Positions 20,800 to 30,497 are shown, counted from the stretch's first letter. The stretch is 64,000 bases of DNA from Gammaproteobacteria bacterium (GCA_963662545.2 CAXXLL010000003.1:2624001-2688000); one strand, 5' to 3'. Made by a program: numbers and translations. Notes: a model not told the origin generated them from the letters alone.

Positions 20800-21195
20800 C
20801 ACCATGCCCCGATAACGCCATCGGCGTGTAGGTACAGCCGGACGACGGACACCGGCCGCCACCGCCAAGATTGCATCATCATCATTCCTTGCCCGCTTGC
20901 GTCGTCCGCCTTGAGAGTTCTTTGACAGCTTCGAGTTACCGGCCGGACCGGACGTCACGCGCGCTTCGGACATCGCCGAACGCCACAGTAGCGACGGGAC
21001 CGGTATTACCCGGCCATCGGCGATCGCACGTTGGAAATTTCGCACATTGTCGGCTCCATCCCTGAAGCCCATCCCGCGTACTTCGAGATCGGCCGCGGGT
21101 ATTCCGGCCTTGTCCAAAGCATCACGGAGTTCCGCTTCACGCCATCGATCCGCGACCACGACGGCCGGCCGGGCGAAGCGATCAAGCGCAGTGTC
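20800..21195 (-). pseudogene. Phage terminase large subunit, C-terminal fragment
   Basis: ADRWREAEL, RGMGFRDG, SLLWRSAMSEAR...PAGNSKLSK, R.NDD..ILAV; 5' part replaced by the repeat at 21192. Confidence 0.7.
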
Positions 21196-21372
21196 AACGG
21201 CGCCGCCGCCTCCCGCGCAGGCTCCAACAAGTGAGACTACGAGACCCATAGGTACTTAAGTCAAACGCCGACGGCGTTGGAGGATCCCCCCCCTGGTGCT
21301 TCATGCCAACGGGTCCCATCCGCGACTCTTTCCACATGCGCGGTAAACTCAATTTTCGCGCATGTGGAGCCC
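21192..21372 (+). repeat. ~180-bp non-coding direct repeat, copy 1
   Basis: Aligns with 53964-54140, e.g. CCAACAAGTGAGAC, GAGACCCATAGGTACTTAAG, CCCCCTGGTGCTTCA, GCGACTCTTTCCACATGCGCG. Confidence 0.9.
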
Positions 21373-21615
21373 GGTTAAGCTAGGAATGGCCGACGAAGAT
21401 AGCTGCCGCACGCCATCGTTGCTGCTTGCCCGGGGACAAGTTTTTCTGCGTACGGCGACGTTCGAAATTTTATAGCTCAGGCTAAGCCACGCCTCGACCG
21501 TAGCTGAAAGGGCCCGGGTTTGGCACCGATAATTAAGGGACTTATGCATTAAAATCAGCAAGCCGCCTGTTCAGGCTTCCTTCCGAACCAGCTTGTAACG
21601 ATTGGATGGTACTTT

Positions 21616-22098
21616 CTATGGCTGCTGAATCTTGCTCAAGATTTCATCACGTAATTCGACAGCCAAAACATCGAGCACGCCTTTAATTTCGATTCCGTTT
21701 TCGTATGCACACGCTTTGAAATCCGCGAGATGTTCGGCCGTTAGAACATTTTCCCCCACATAGTCGAAACAGGCCTCTTGAATTTCATAGGGTTGCTTGT
21801 TTTTGAGGGTTTCCATGAGTTCCGGGGCAAGTTTCTGTGCGAGTGCCGGGGCGTTAATTCGGATAGAAATGGATCTCCCTAAATCCGTTAACGTACGTGG
21901 GCTCGCGCCAGTGACAGGAACAGGAGGGAGGCGCCCCAAGATCTTTTTGATGTCTTCACGAATTTCCTTAATGAATTCTCCCAAGGAGGTTCTGTCGGAG
22001 TTCACCGCTCCGACCCATTTCCCAACCGCAAAAACGGCGCCGATAGCGGCAAGCGCCGAAATTACAATCACTGCTGGGTTGCTGACTCCAACCTCCAT
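21616..22098 (-). CDS. Hypothetical single-TM protein (IS1595 passenger)
   Basis: 160 aa; N-terminal TM helix, coiled segment, SPRTLTDLG motif. Confidence 0.75.
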   Translation of the reverse strand: MEVGVSNPAVIVISALAAIGAVFAVGKWVGAVNSDRTSLGEFIKEIREDIKKILGRLPPVPVTGASPRTLTDLGRSISIRINAPALAQKLAPELMETLKNKQPYEIQEACFDYVGENVLTAEHLADFKACAYENGIEIKGVLDVLAVELRDEILSKIQQP

Positions 22099-22211
22099 TA
22101 TGCAGCCCTCGTCGCGCTATCAACCGGCAAGTAGTCTACACGCTCTTTGAACAAAACTAATGGATTCAGTTGGTTGGTTATATTGTGTGTCAAAAAAATT
22201 TCAATACCACA

Positions 22212-22400
22212 TCATCTTGTGTATCTTCGACGCACCAATTTCCAGCGCCGTTCCCGTTCTTCTTTCGTAGGCTCTCGATTCTCCCTTGGCGGCGGGTCCA
22301 TACGCGCCCCTAGAACTTGGCGGATAGCCTCGGTAAACTCGTCCTCCATAATAGGATCGCGGTCCTTCGGGAGTAGTCTGGGCTTGCGCTTCATGTTCAT
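22212..22400 (-). CDS. Small basic hypothetical protein (IS1595 passenger)
   Basis: 62 aa; ATGA overlap with the protease stop. Confidence 0.6.
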   Translation of the reverse strand: MNMKRKPRLLPKDRDPIMEDEFTEAIRQVLGARMDPPPRENREPTKEERERRWKLVRRRYTR

Positions 22401-22858
22401 GGCGTACTGATAGTCACTTCGCCCGTAACCCCGTTGTACATCATTTGGAAACGCCTGAGAAATGTTCGTCCTATTAGCACAAGGTGTTGTTGGCCCCCGC
22501 CAATTAGATCGACACCAGCGAAAGAACCGTATAGCGTAAAACTCAGCGCAGGAATGTATATTTGGGCCGCGTACATATTAGCTAGATAATTCCCACTGAT
22601 CCCACCGAAATTTGAGCGATCGACGACAGGAAGCCCCAACCGCGTGGCAAGGCTCGCATCGATACAACTAATTGTCGCGCCAGTATCTATAACGGCATGA
22701 ACTTGCTGAATTAACGTTGTTGGAAGTGCAGCAGGTTTATTTGGATCGTAATTTGGGTCAAACCCAACGTCCACCAATATAGTAGGGCCGTAACCAACAA
22801 GAGAATCTTGTGCTTGGTGCCCGTTTGTGCTGACGAAGCCACAGCTAACACTAGGCAT
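22397..22858 (-). CDS. Retropepsin-like (clan AA) aspartyl protease
   Basis: AVIDTGATISCID...LGL and LIGRTFL motifs; start MPSVSC overlaps the upstream stop by 8 nt. Confidence 0.88.
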   Translation of the reverse strand: MPSVSCGFVSTNGHQAQDSLVGYGPTILVDVGFDPNYDPNKPAALPTTLIQQVHAVIDTGATISCIDASLATRLGLPVVDRSNFGGISGNYLANMYAAQIYIPALSFTLYGSFAGVDLIGGGQQHLVLIGRTFLRRFQMMYNGVTGEVTISTP

Positions 22859-23093
22859 GTATCTGTTGGTACAGTACTGAAGCTGGCAAGGATTGATTTT
22901 TGACGCCAACCTCTCGTATGAGATAAGGCCCCTTACCAAATTTCTGAGTTGCTTCGTGTGCTGCATCGTTGAACGTATCGAACGCCCCAATCATCTTCTC
23001 ATCATGGAGCAGCACCCATTTACCCATGTAATTGGTTTCAAAGTTTTCGCGCATCTTTTCAAACGCTGAAATATCTTTATCTAATGCGTCCAT
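22851..23093 (-). CDS. DUF5678-like small protein
   Basis: AGGAGAGG RBS; Y.GKWVLLHDEKMIGAFDTF..A...A...FG..PYLIREVG. Confidence 0.75.
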   Translation of the reverse strand: MDALDKDISAFEKMRENFETNYMGKWVLLHDEKMIGAFDTFNDAAHEATQKFGKGPYLIREVGVKNQSLPASVLYQQIHA

Positions 23094-23210
23094 ATCCCTC
23101 TCCTTTTGCCGCGCCGAGTCTAACTTTTTGTTTTTAGCAAGTGTATGACAACGAATTGACGTCATCTACTTCAAGTTTTACAAGGTATTAACTCCTATCG
23201 ATTAAAAGCG

Positions 23211-24155
23211 TCATGCAATCAAGGCTTTATAACTAAGCTTCCTTCCTCTGATTCCCTTTGCTAATGCGGCCATCCGATCAATCGTATCCACTTCACAGTT
23301 CCCCTCGTTCAGTCGGAAAGCCGCTTCATTGACGTAGCGGCCTAGATGCTTGTTCGATACGTGATGCCACGTGCCGATCACCGAGCGCTTGAAGACGCTC
23401 CATACACTCTCGATGCCGTTCGTGTGAATTTCGCCACGGACATACTCACCAGCGCTGTGCTTGACTGATTCGTGCTGGTATTGGTTTAGGATGGTCGGCA
23501 GGGCCGTATAAGCGCCGGCATCGTCCGTGTAGACGGTGGCCCCTTGCTCGGTATGGGCTTCGACGAAATTGATGAAGGTGCGCGCGTCAGTGGCGCTCAC
23601 GGGCTCGGCTGCAACCTTACCCCCGCGTTCCCGCGCCCCGATGATGGGTGTTTTGCCTGCGGTGCCGCGCCCAGCTTTGCGTTTCTTCGTTTCGTGCTTG
23701 TTGCGCTCTTTGCCGCCTACGTAGGTCTCGTCCACCTCTACGACATTCGCCAACTTGAAGTCCCCGCTCTTGCTCGCTTCGCGAACGCGGTGAAGCATAT
23801 GCCAAGCCGTGCGGTATTGCACACCGAGTTCCTTGCTAAGCTGCATGGCGCTGATCCCTTTGCGGCCCGTCAGGATCGAGTAGATAGCGTAAATCCAATG
23901 CTGAAGCGGTAGGGGGCTTGAATGCAGGCAGGTCCCTGTGGTTACCGTGAAATGCTTGCGACAAGACTTGCACCAGTAGTGATTCGGCTTGCTGTCTGAT
24001 GGCGGCCTGATCTCATCAACGCTACCGCAATGTGGGCAAACTGGCTGGCTGTTCCAAAGAACCTGCTCAAACCATTCGCGGCAGGCTGCGTCATCGGGGA
24101 AGCGCCGGTAAAGCTGGGGGACGCTGATAGTCTTGGCGATGCGTTTTTTCTTCAC
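23211..24155 (-). CDS. IS1595 family transposase
   Basis: CPHC/CKSC Zn ribbon, HTH (ISAMQLSKELGV), VEVDETY, VYTDD, HTNGIESVW, YVNEAAFRLN. Confidence 0.95.
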   Translation of the reverse strand: MKKKRIAKTISVPQLYRRFPDDAACREWFEQVLWNSQPVCPHCGSVDEIRPPSDSKPNHYWCKSCRKHFTVTTGTCLHSSPLPLQHWIYAIYSILTGRKGISAMQLSKELGVQYRTAWHMLHRVREASKSGDFKLANVVEVDETYVGGKERNKHETKKRKAGRGTAGKTPIIGARERGGKVAAEPVSATDARTFINFVEAHTEQGATVYTDDAGAYTALPTILNQYQHESVKHSAGEYVRGEIHTNGIESVWSVFKRSVIGTWHHVSNKHLGRYVNEAAFRLNEGNCEVDTIDRMAALAKGIRGRKLSYKALIA

Positions 24156-24990
24156 GGAGGTCTCCTATATCCTGCTTATTATGGTATAGGAGTTTCCTCG
24201 AATAATCAACTACTTTATTTCCCTGCTGATTTTAATGCATAAGTCCCATAATTAACCTAGACCCGTTCTAAGGGATCACTCCACTCGCGATCGAGCTTCA
24301 TCCAACGGTCGGTTTGCCTTTTGCAAGCACCTCAGGCGCACGACCTGCTTGCACCAGCTCAAGCCTCTGCCCGAAAAATCCCGGTGGGTAAGTTCTTCTG
24401 GTCTTTGGCATCGTCGACGTCTCTCATCGTCAAGGTTTAGATGCCCATGACAGCGAGGCAAGACCACATAGTGTTGCCTCTGCACACTACCATGAAAGCG
24501 CAATAAAATATTGCAACGTCCCATATCATCCACGACTGACTTGAATTGAACATCGAAGTTGAGCACGTCGTGGAAAAGCTAGTGAGTAGATCCAGGGCGG
24601 GCATTGTTAGGTGTGCACGCACGATTTTCGTGCTCTCTGTCGCACAGGGAACAGGGTTCGGTCATGTCTCGATGGTTGACGTATAAAAGGGGCCGTGCTG
24701 GGTGCGAGGCCGTTCCACCAGTGGTGTGTTCGCACCCGTTTGTTAGCGTGGCCCGGATTGCGTTCGGCTTGTCCTCGTTGATGGCACGCTCACGCGTGAC
24801 CTCGTATGAAAGAGTGATCCCCAATCGCAATCTCACCCAGCACAACCTCGTGTTGATATTGGGAGAAATGGAGATGGTACGCAAGACCTCAGACAGTCGT
24901 TTGTGTCTGACGTCAGCGCCTTTGGGACAAATTGAGGTAATTGCATAACGGGGGATTTCTGGCTCATCGTAGTAACCGAAGGGAACGAAG

Positions 24991-25365
24991 ATGAGACAGA
25001 AATCAATGAGCAAGAACGACCCGGCGGAGAGAACGGTTCGGGATATTCGCCGCAAGACACGCAAGCAGTATACGGCTGAGGAGAAGATCCGGATCGTGGT
25101 GTCGGGCCTGCGCGGCGAGGAGAGCATCGCCGCCTTGTGCCGCCGCGAGGGCATCGCCGAGGGTCTGTATTACAGCGGGTCGAAAGAGTTTTTGGAAGCG
25201 GGCAAGAAGCGGCTCGCCGGCGACACCGGGCGCCAAGCGACCTCGGGTGAGGTTAAAGGCCTGCGCCAGGAGATGCGCGACTTGAAGGAGTGGGTCGCCG
25301 AACTTTCGCTGGAGAACCGTCTTCTCAAAAAAAACATGATCGGGCATGGGGGCGGCGAGCAATGA
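24991..25365 (+). CDS. IS3 OrfA
   Basis: RKQYTAEEKIRIV...SIAALCRREGI HTH followed by a coiled coil. Confidence 0.88.
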   Translation: MRQKSMSKNDPAERTVRDIRRKTRKQYTAEEKIRIVVSGLRGEESIAALCRREGIAEGLYYSGSKEFLEAGKKRLAGDTGRQATSGEVKGLRQEMRDLKEWVAELSLENRLLKKNMIGHGGGEQ

Positions 25366-26342
25366 GGTATCCCGCATCCGAGAAGCTGGAGATCATCCGC
25401 CGGGTCGAGCAGTCCCACCTGGGCGTTGGGTCCACTTTGGACAAGCTGGGCATTCCGAAGACCACCTTTTATCGCTGCTACGATCGCTTTCTGGCCTTTG
25501 GCGACGCCGGTCTTGAGGATCGCAACAGCAGCCCAGGCCGGGTGTGGAACCGTATCCCGGATGATGTCCGGGGGCAGATCATCGATCTTGCCCTGGAGGA
25601 GACGCAACTGTCGCCCCGGGAACGGGCCGTCAGGTTTACGGACACCAGGGGCTACTTTGTCTCGGAAGCCTCGGTTGACCGGCTTCTCAAGGCCCACGAC
25701 CTGATCACCAGCCCCGCTTTCGTGGTCATCAAGGCAGCCGATGAGTTCCGCAACAAGACCACGGCGCCGAACCCGCTGTGGCAGACCGGCTTCACCTATC
25801 TCAAGGTCATCGGCTGGGGCTGGTTTTACCTGTCGAGCATCCTGGACGACTATTCCCGCACCATCATTGCGTGGAAGCTCTGCACCAACATGACGGCGGA
25901 CGATGTGACGGCAACACTGAAGTTGGCGCTAGAAGCCTCAGGCTGCAATCGCGCCAATGTCGTCCACAAGCCGAGGCTGCTCAGCGACAACGGCTCGTCC
26001 TATATCTCCAGCGATGTGGCTGAATGGCTCGAGGACCACGGTATGGATCACGTTCGGGGCGCACCGTATCACCCGCAAACCCAAAGCAAGATCGAGCGCT
26101 GGCATCAAACGCTGAAGAACCGGATCCTGCTTGAAAATTATTATCTACCCGGCGATCTCGAAAACCAGATCAGCGCCTTCGTCGATCACTACAACAACCA
26201 ACGCTACCACCAGAGCATCGGCAACGTAACTCCAGCTGACGCCTACTTTGGACGCCACACCGCCATCATCGAAAAGAGAAAAAAGATCAAAAAACTGACC
26301 ACCCAAAACCGCCGCTTGAACCATCAAAGCCAAGCGGCTTAA
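25362..26342 (+). CDS. IS3 OrfB DDE domain, first catalytic Asp apparently mutated
   Basis: WQTGFTY (expected WQTDFTY), LSDNG, KIERWH. Confidence 0.85.
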   Translation: MRYPASEKLEIIRRVEQSHLGVGSTLDKLGIPKTTFYRCYDRFLAFGDAGLEDRNSSPGRVWNRIPDDVRGQIIDLALEETQLSPRERAVRFTDTRGYFVSEASVDRLLKAHDLITSPAFVVIKAADEFRNKTTAPNPLWQTGFTYLKVIGWGWFYLSSILDDYSRTIIAWKLCTNMTADDVTATLKLALEASGCNRANVVHKPRLLSDNGSSYISSDVAEWLEDHGMDHVRGAPYHPQTQSKIERWHQTLKNRILLENYYLPGDLENQISAFVDHYNNQRYHQSIGNVTPADAYFGRHTAIIEKRKKIKKLTTQNRRLNHQSQAA

Positions 26343-26415
26343 CATCAAACAAAGATGAGCCAGATCCTCCCTTATGAAACACGCTCAACAGTCCCATTTG
26401 TTTTGATGACGGACA

Positions 26416-26456
26416 GCAATTACCTCAATTTGTCCCAAAGGCGCTGACGTCAGACA
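26416..26456 (-). repeat. Inverted 41-bp copy of the IS3 left end, abutting the IRR
   Basis: Exact reverse complement of 24904-24944. Confidence 0.93.
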
Positions 26457-26752
26457 GTGCGTGCATTCAGCACTACGCTCAATGCCGGTAGCGGGAGCTG
26501 GGCCGTCTGACCAGCATTTGCAGCCTGGCTTTTCGTCCTGCAGCTGCGATGCTGCGCCCTGTAGCATCTCCTTTTTTGGGGTTTGGTCACCGCCTGTTAC
26601 CGGACAGGCACAGGAAGTGCCACTTTTTCTTTCAGTCCAGTTCAACAGCGTTCGGGACATCTCCCCCCGGACAGGGCTAAAACGGCTACCACTAGCGACG
26701 GCGAATGTCGCTACGCTAGCGATTCACGCCTGCGACTCGTCTAAATCGGTCG

Positions 26753-27178
26753 TTATTGCGCAGCGGGCGCACCGCAGCGGCAGACCATCTTGGTCACCGC
26801 ATGAACCGTCACCGTGCTGCTATAACGCGCGTTATCGGGTACGTGTCTGGGCGCGGCGACGATCGATGCAAATGTCGTCGCCATGCCGGGTTCGAGTACC
26901 GCGGCGATCGATATATAGGCCGTACGGCTGTGCGTATCCGGTTGATCATCACCCGCATACGGCCAGATCCAATTGTGCCGAATCATGAGCTTGATATCCT
27001 TGATCTGCGTCTCGCTTTGATTGTGGACGAGCCCGGACACTTGTCCCGGTCCATCCTCGCGGGACTCGATGCTGATCAGGACCCGCGGGGTTTCCTTTGC
27101 CACTACAGTGTCCGCGAGCGTCGTCGAACTTGACAGGAGCAGCGCTGCGACCAATGCGGCCAGGTTTGGGATCTGCAT
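26753..27178 (-). CDS. Secreted hypothetical protein (FxLYD-like beta-sandwich)
   Basis: AAGGAGG RBS; signal peptide; VSGLVHNQS...IKDIKL, LEPG motif. Confidence 0.65.
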   Translation of the reverse strand: MQIPNLAALVAALLLSSSTTLADTVVAKETPRVLISIESREDGPGQVSGLVHNQSETQIKDIKLMIRHNWIWPYAGDDQPDTHSRTAYISIAAVLEPGMATTFASIVAAPRHVPDNARYSSTVTVHAVTKMVCRCGAPAAQ

Positions 27179-27599
27179 CGTCAGTGCCTCCTTCGAGCGT
27201 CTAAACAACTTGTTTCAGCCCCGCTTACGCGGGGCCGCGGCGCGCGCGCCCATAGGATCTCAGATCGACCCAGCTAAGCCAATACTTCGAACGAGAGCCG
27301 GGCGGCAACGCTAAACGCACCCCTGAAGTTCACGACCGAGTCATCGAAAGCATCCGGGTTGTTAATTCGCACTTAAAAGCGATCTACTTTGGGTAGGTAT
27401 TTGCACCTAATTCTGACCCACGTGTAACCCTCAGTCACGAACTTCCGCGCCAAGGGGGTCTAAATCCGCGCCGGACGAGAGCGGACACCGTATGCGCTAC
27501 TATCCATGTGCAAGCGAAATTTTTTGAATAATAAGGATGGGTTTGGGACGATTGGAGCGGCGACCCGCTCACCATCGGAAATCAATTTTTGTTTCTCCT

Positions 27600-28538
27600 A
27601 TAGATCAAGTCCGTCCGGACCAAGGACTGGGCCGATGAAGTGTACGGCGAGGACTGACGCTTCCGGTGGCGTCTTCGTGCGCCTATTATCTCGGCTGTCC
27701 GGGCATTCTGGTGAAGTCCACGTTGAAGAACGACTTCGTCAACGCCGTCAATTACGTGACCAAGGGTTCGAGCGGGGTCCACATGACACTCTCCATGACC
27801 TTCCCCGACTTGACCCTGCCGCAGTCGGTGCTCGACGGCATACGACTGTTGAACGAGGAGTTTCCGGGGCTGTTCAGGTGGATGGGGGAGGTCAACCTGG
27901 TCAAGCGGGTACTGTTCGACAACGCACATCGGGCCGTCCCCTTGGCCGCCATCACCAAGTGGGCACCGTTCATGGTTGTGTTGCGCGAACGCGGCATGCC
28001 GCTGGCGGTCCATGCGGATCTGGGCAACGATGACGCGCCGACCTAATCCCTGCCCTGGAGCGAGGCGGTGCTGCATCGATACTCGAACAACCCGATCGTG
28101 TGAATGCACATGGGTTTGTCGCGGGAACTCGTCGCCATCGAGGCGGGTGTGTGCATCGCGGTACTGGTAGCGCTGCTGAACCGCTATCCGAACCTGACAC
28201 TCGACATTTTCTAGCGGGTGATCGACGACCATTTCTTTTCCGACCCGCGGATACGGACGCAGTACGTGCCGTTCCTGAACGCGTATTCCAATCGAATTTT
28301 GCCGGGGACAGACTTCGTAGCATCCGGCGATAAGTGCTTCGAGGTGTATCGGGAGGCGCTTGAAGCCACGAGTCGGATCAACCGCCACCTGAATGATGTT
28401 GCGTTCCAGAACATTGCCCTGGGCGAGAATTACTTCAGGCTACTGAACCTGGATTACGGGGCCCCAGGGTGTGTCCTAGTCAAAGTCAACGCTGAGTGCC
28501 CGGCGCGTGTAGTCGCCGCCGCAGGGACAAATCAGTAA
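27600..28538 (+). pseudogene. Amidohydrolase-2-like TIM-barrel gene with in-frame stops
   Basis: WMGEVNL, LAVHADLG, IV*MHMG, YPNL.LDI.*, ILPGTDF, IALGENY in one frame; stops TAA 28044, TGA 28101, TAG 28212. Confidence 0.75.
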
Positions 28539-28622
28539 CCCGGTGGGGAGCTAAAACAAGGGGTATCCGATGGTCTGTGTCAGCGGCACCGTGAGCAGGG
28601 CTGCAGCACATGGGGGCGTCGA

Positions 28623-29190
28623 TCATTTTGCCGACTTCAACCATTGCGCAAGCGGTTTGTCCGGATCGGCAATCTGATCGATCGAGCCGTACCAATAGCG
28701 CTGCCAGCCGACCTCCGGCAGGCCGGTGAACAGCATCAGGTTCAGCGGATAGTCCTCGCTGTCGGTGCAACGACGAAAATCGTCCCGGAACAAAAACACG
28801 GGCTTGCCCCAGGCGATCGCCATACCCAACTCGACCATCACGCCCTCGTCCGGGGGGCAACCGTTGACCACCGCGAACAGTCCATCGGCATCCCGCACAT
28901 CGCGAAGGTCGGCCTGGCCGATCTGGTAGGCCCAACCAGGGGTTGTCTGATCGATCTGATTGTTGCGTGCGAAGGGCTCCCAAACCTCAGCGCCCACGGC
29001 TTCCAGAGCCGCCACGAGCGCCGCCAACGGCCCCTCGCTTTGCTGTAAGGAGAAGCCATACGGGTTCGCTAGATACAGGGTCTTCTTAGCCGTCGCGGTC
29101 GCGTAGCGTCCTGCTTCGCCAACCGCTCCGTCGGCGCCCACCCCACTCGAACTCACCAACGCAAGCGCGAGGCCTAAGACAACGACTTTG
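28623..29190 (-). CDS. Nucleoside 2'-deoxyribosyltransferase family protein
   Basis: LYLANPYGFS, WEPF, AD..DV..AD, DEGVMVELG.A.A, YPLNLML; start uncertain. Confidence 0.85.
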
Positions 29191-29664
29191 ACGCCACAGA
29201 CGACGCTGAAAATTTCACTTTTTTCGGTAATCAAAATACGGAATTTCCTAGCTTTTATAGTGATGCTTTGAGAGCAGCTATTTCGTCTCTGAGGCAAGCT
29301 AATCCATCGTTTTCACTCATGAGAACGCTCCCTAAGGAAACCGCTCTCCTACCGGGGGTAGCAAGAGGGCGGTTGGTCTCCGGGCCTGAGAAGCAAAGGG
29401 GAGTGTAGCTATCCCTTACCCCTGGCAGAAACTGCCCCTCTCGCAAGACGAACGAAGCCTATCCCTATGCTGCACTTTCGATCATGCTGGAGTATACGGC
29501 CAAGGACAAGAGGTATATCCACTCTATGAGTTCGCCATTGAGATAGTGGGGGCCGAGGCGCTTGAGATCGCTCTTGACGAGTTTGCCGGCCGCATCTGGC
29601 ACTTAGACTCATCCACCATTTGCGCTTGGGCAACGCTTCGCGCATCTTCCCTCCTCCCCATCAG

Positions 29665-30443
29665 TCAGTTGGACCCCTTCTGAGTGAGAATAGCGCTCAG
29701 AAAATTATGCATTAGATCTGATTTGGGATACCTCGAAAGCACATCTTCGAAACGATTGTAGAATTCCACATCTAAAGGTGAAGATGAGAACCAGTGTCTT
29801 TCTACGGAGAAATCGAGTAGCTCGAAATAGTGTTTGTACTCCGCGTAGGTAAGCTTGTTCACCCAAGCCGGTTTGCCTGACCTTCTACCGATATGCCGAT
29901 AGAACGCTTCAAACACATCATCGGTAAATAGAAGATGCGGCCAAGGGAAATACACTTCCCGATACCGATGGGATGCTTGCGGACCTCGATATAAATTCGC
30001 ATGCAAGTAGAACTTGCCGTTTTCCTTCAATAAGTGTTTGACGCCTTGCAGAGCAGAGAACGGATGTTTGATGTGTTCCCATACGGCCCACGAATAGATC
30101 CGGTCGAACTCTCCTAACTCACTACAGCCGTCTTTACTGATATCCAAGATCCGTAATTCGACGCCAGCTTGATCTAAGTACGTGTTCCACGCTTCACGGT
30201 CCTTGATATCCACGCCAACAACACTGCAATCGTAGTCTTTGGCCAAGACATAACAGACCTCGCCGCGACCACAACCAACTTCGAGCACCTGCTTTCCACG
30301 AATATCGATGAGTTCGTCAAGCCTCCCCGCGCGTTTCTCGGCTGCGGCCAACATGGCTGGTGCATGGAGCTCGCGGGGTTTAGAAACAATTGGCTTAGAT
30401 TCGTATTCCTTGTTTAATTCAAGAAACAAGTTCAAATCGAAAT
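29665..30443 (-). pseudogene. Class I SAM-dependent methyltransferase, 5'-truncated by IS3
   Basis: VLEVGCGRG, GVDI, FDRIYSWAVWEH, LKENG; visibly lower GC; frame runs into the IS3 end. Confidence 0.8.
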
Positions 30444-30497
30444 TGGAGTTGACCCGTTTTCGTGGATACCTGACCCTTTTAGAAGGAGGATTCCACG

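Larger units (their letters stand above)
21537..24247 (-). mobile_element. IS1595 family element with four passenger genes
   Basis: Perfect 24-bp TIR GGGACTTATGCATTAAAATCAGCA at both ends; 8-bp TSD ATAATTAA at 21529-21536 and 24248-24255. Confidence 0.95.
24904..26415 (+). mobile_element. IS3 family element (probably inactive)
   Basis: IRL TGTCTGACGTCAGCGCCTTTGGGAC; IRR GTCCCATTTGTTTTGATGACGGACA; orfA/orfB with an A8 slippery run at 25327-25334. Confidence 0.88.

Noticed and set aside
21192-21203. TGTCAACGGCG matches the IS21 terminal sequence
   Set aside because: Only 11 bp, not followed by IS21 internal repeats and not shared by repeat copy 2
27213-27240. GTTTCAGCCCCGCTTACGCGGGG resembling a type I-E CRISPR repeat
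   Set aside because: Single copy, no spacers and no cas genes; just a hairpin
27600-28538. Stop-codon recoding (Sec/Pyl) in the amidohydrolase
   Set aside because: All three stop types occur; two fall at probable Trp codons (TGG to TGA or TAG), and the 5' end is also decayed, so this is a pseudogene
29396-29430. GGGAGTGTAGCT looks like a tRNA 5' end
   Set aside because: No D-arm, anticodon arm or TTCGA arm follows
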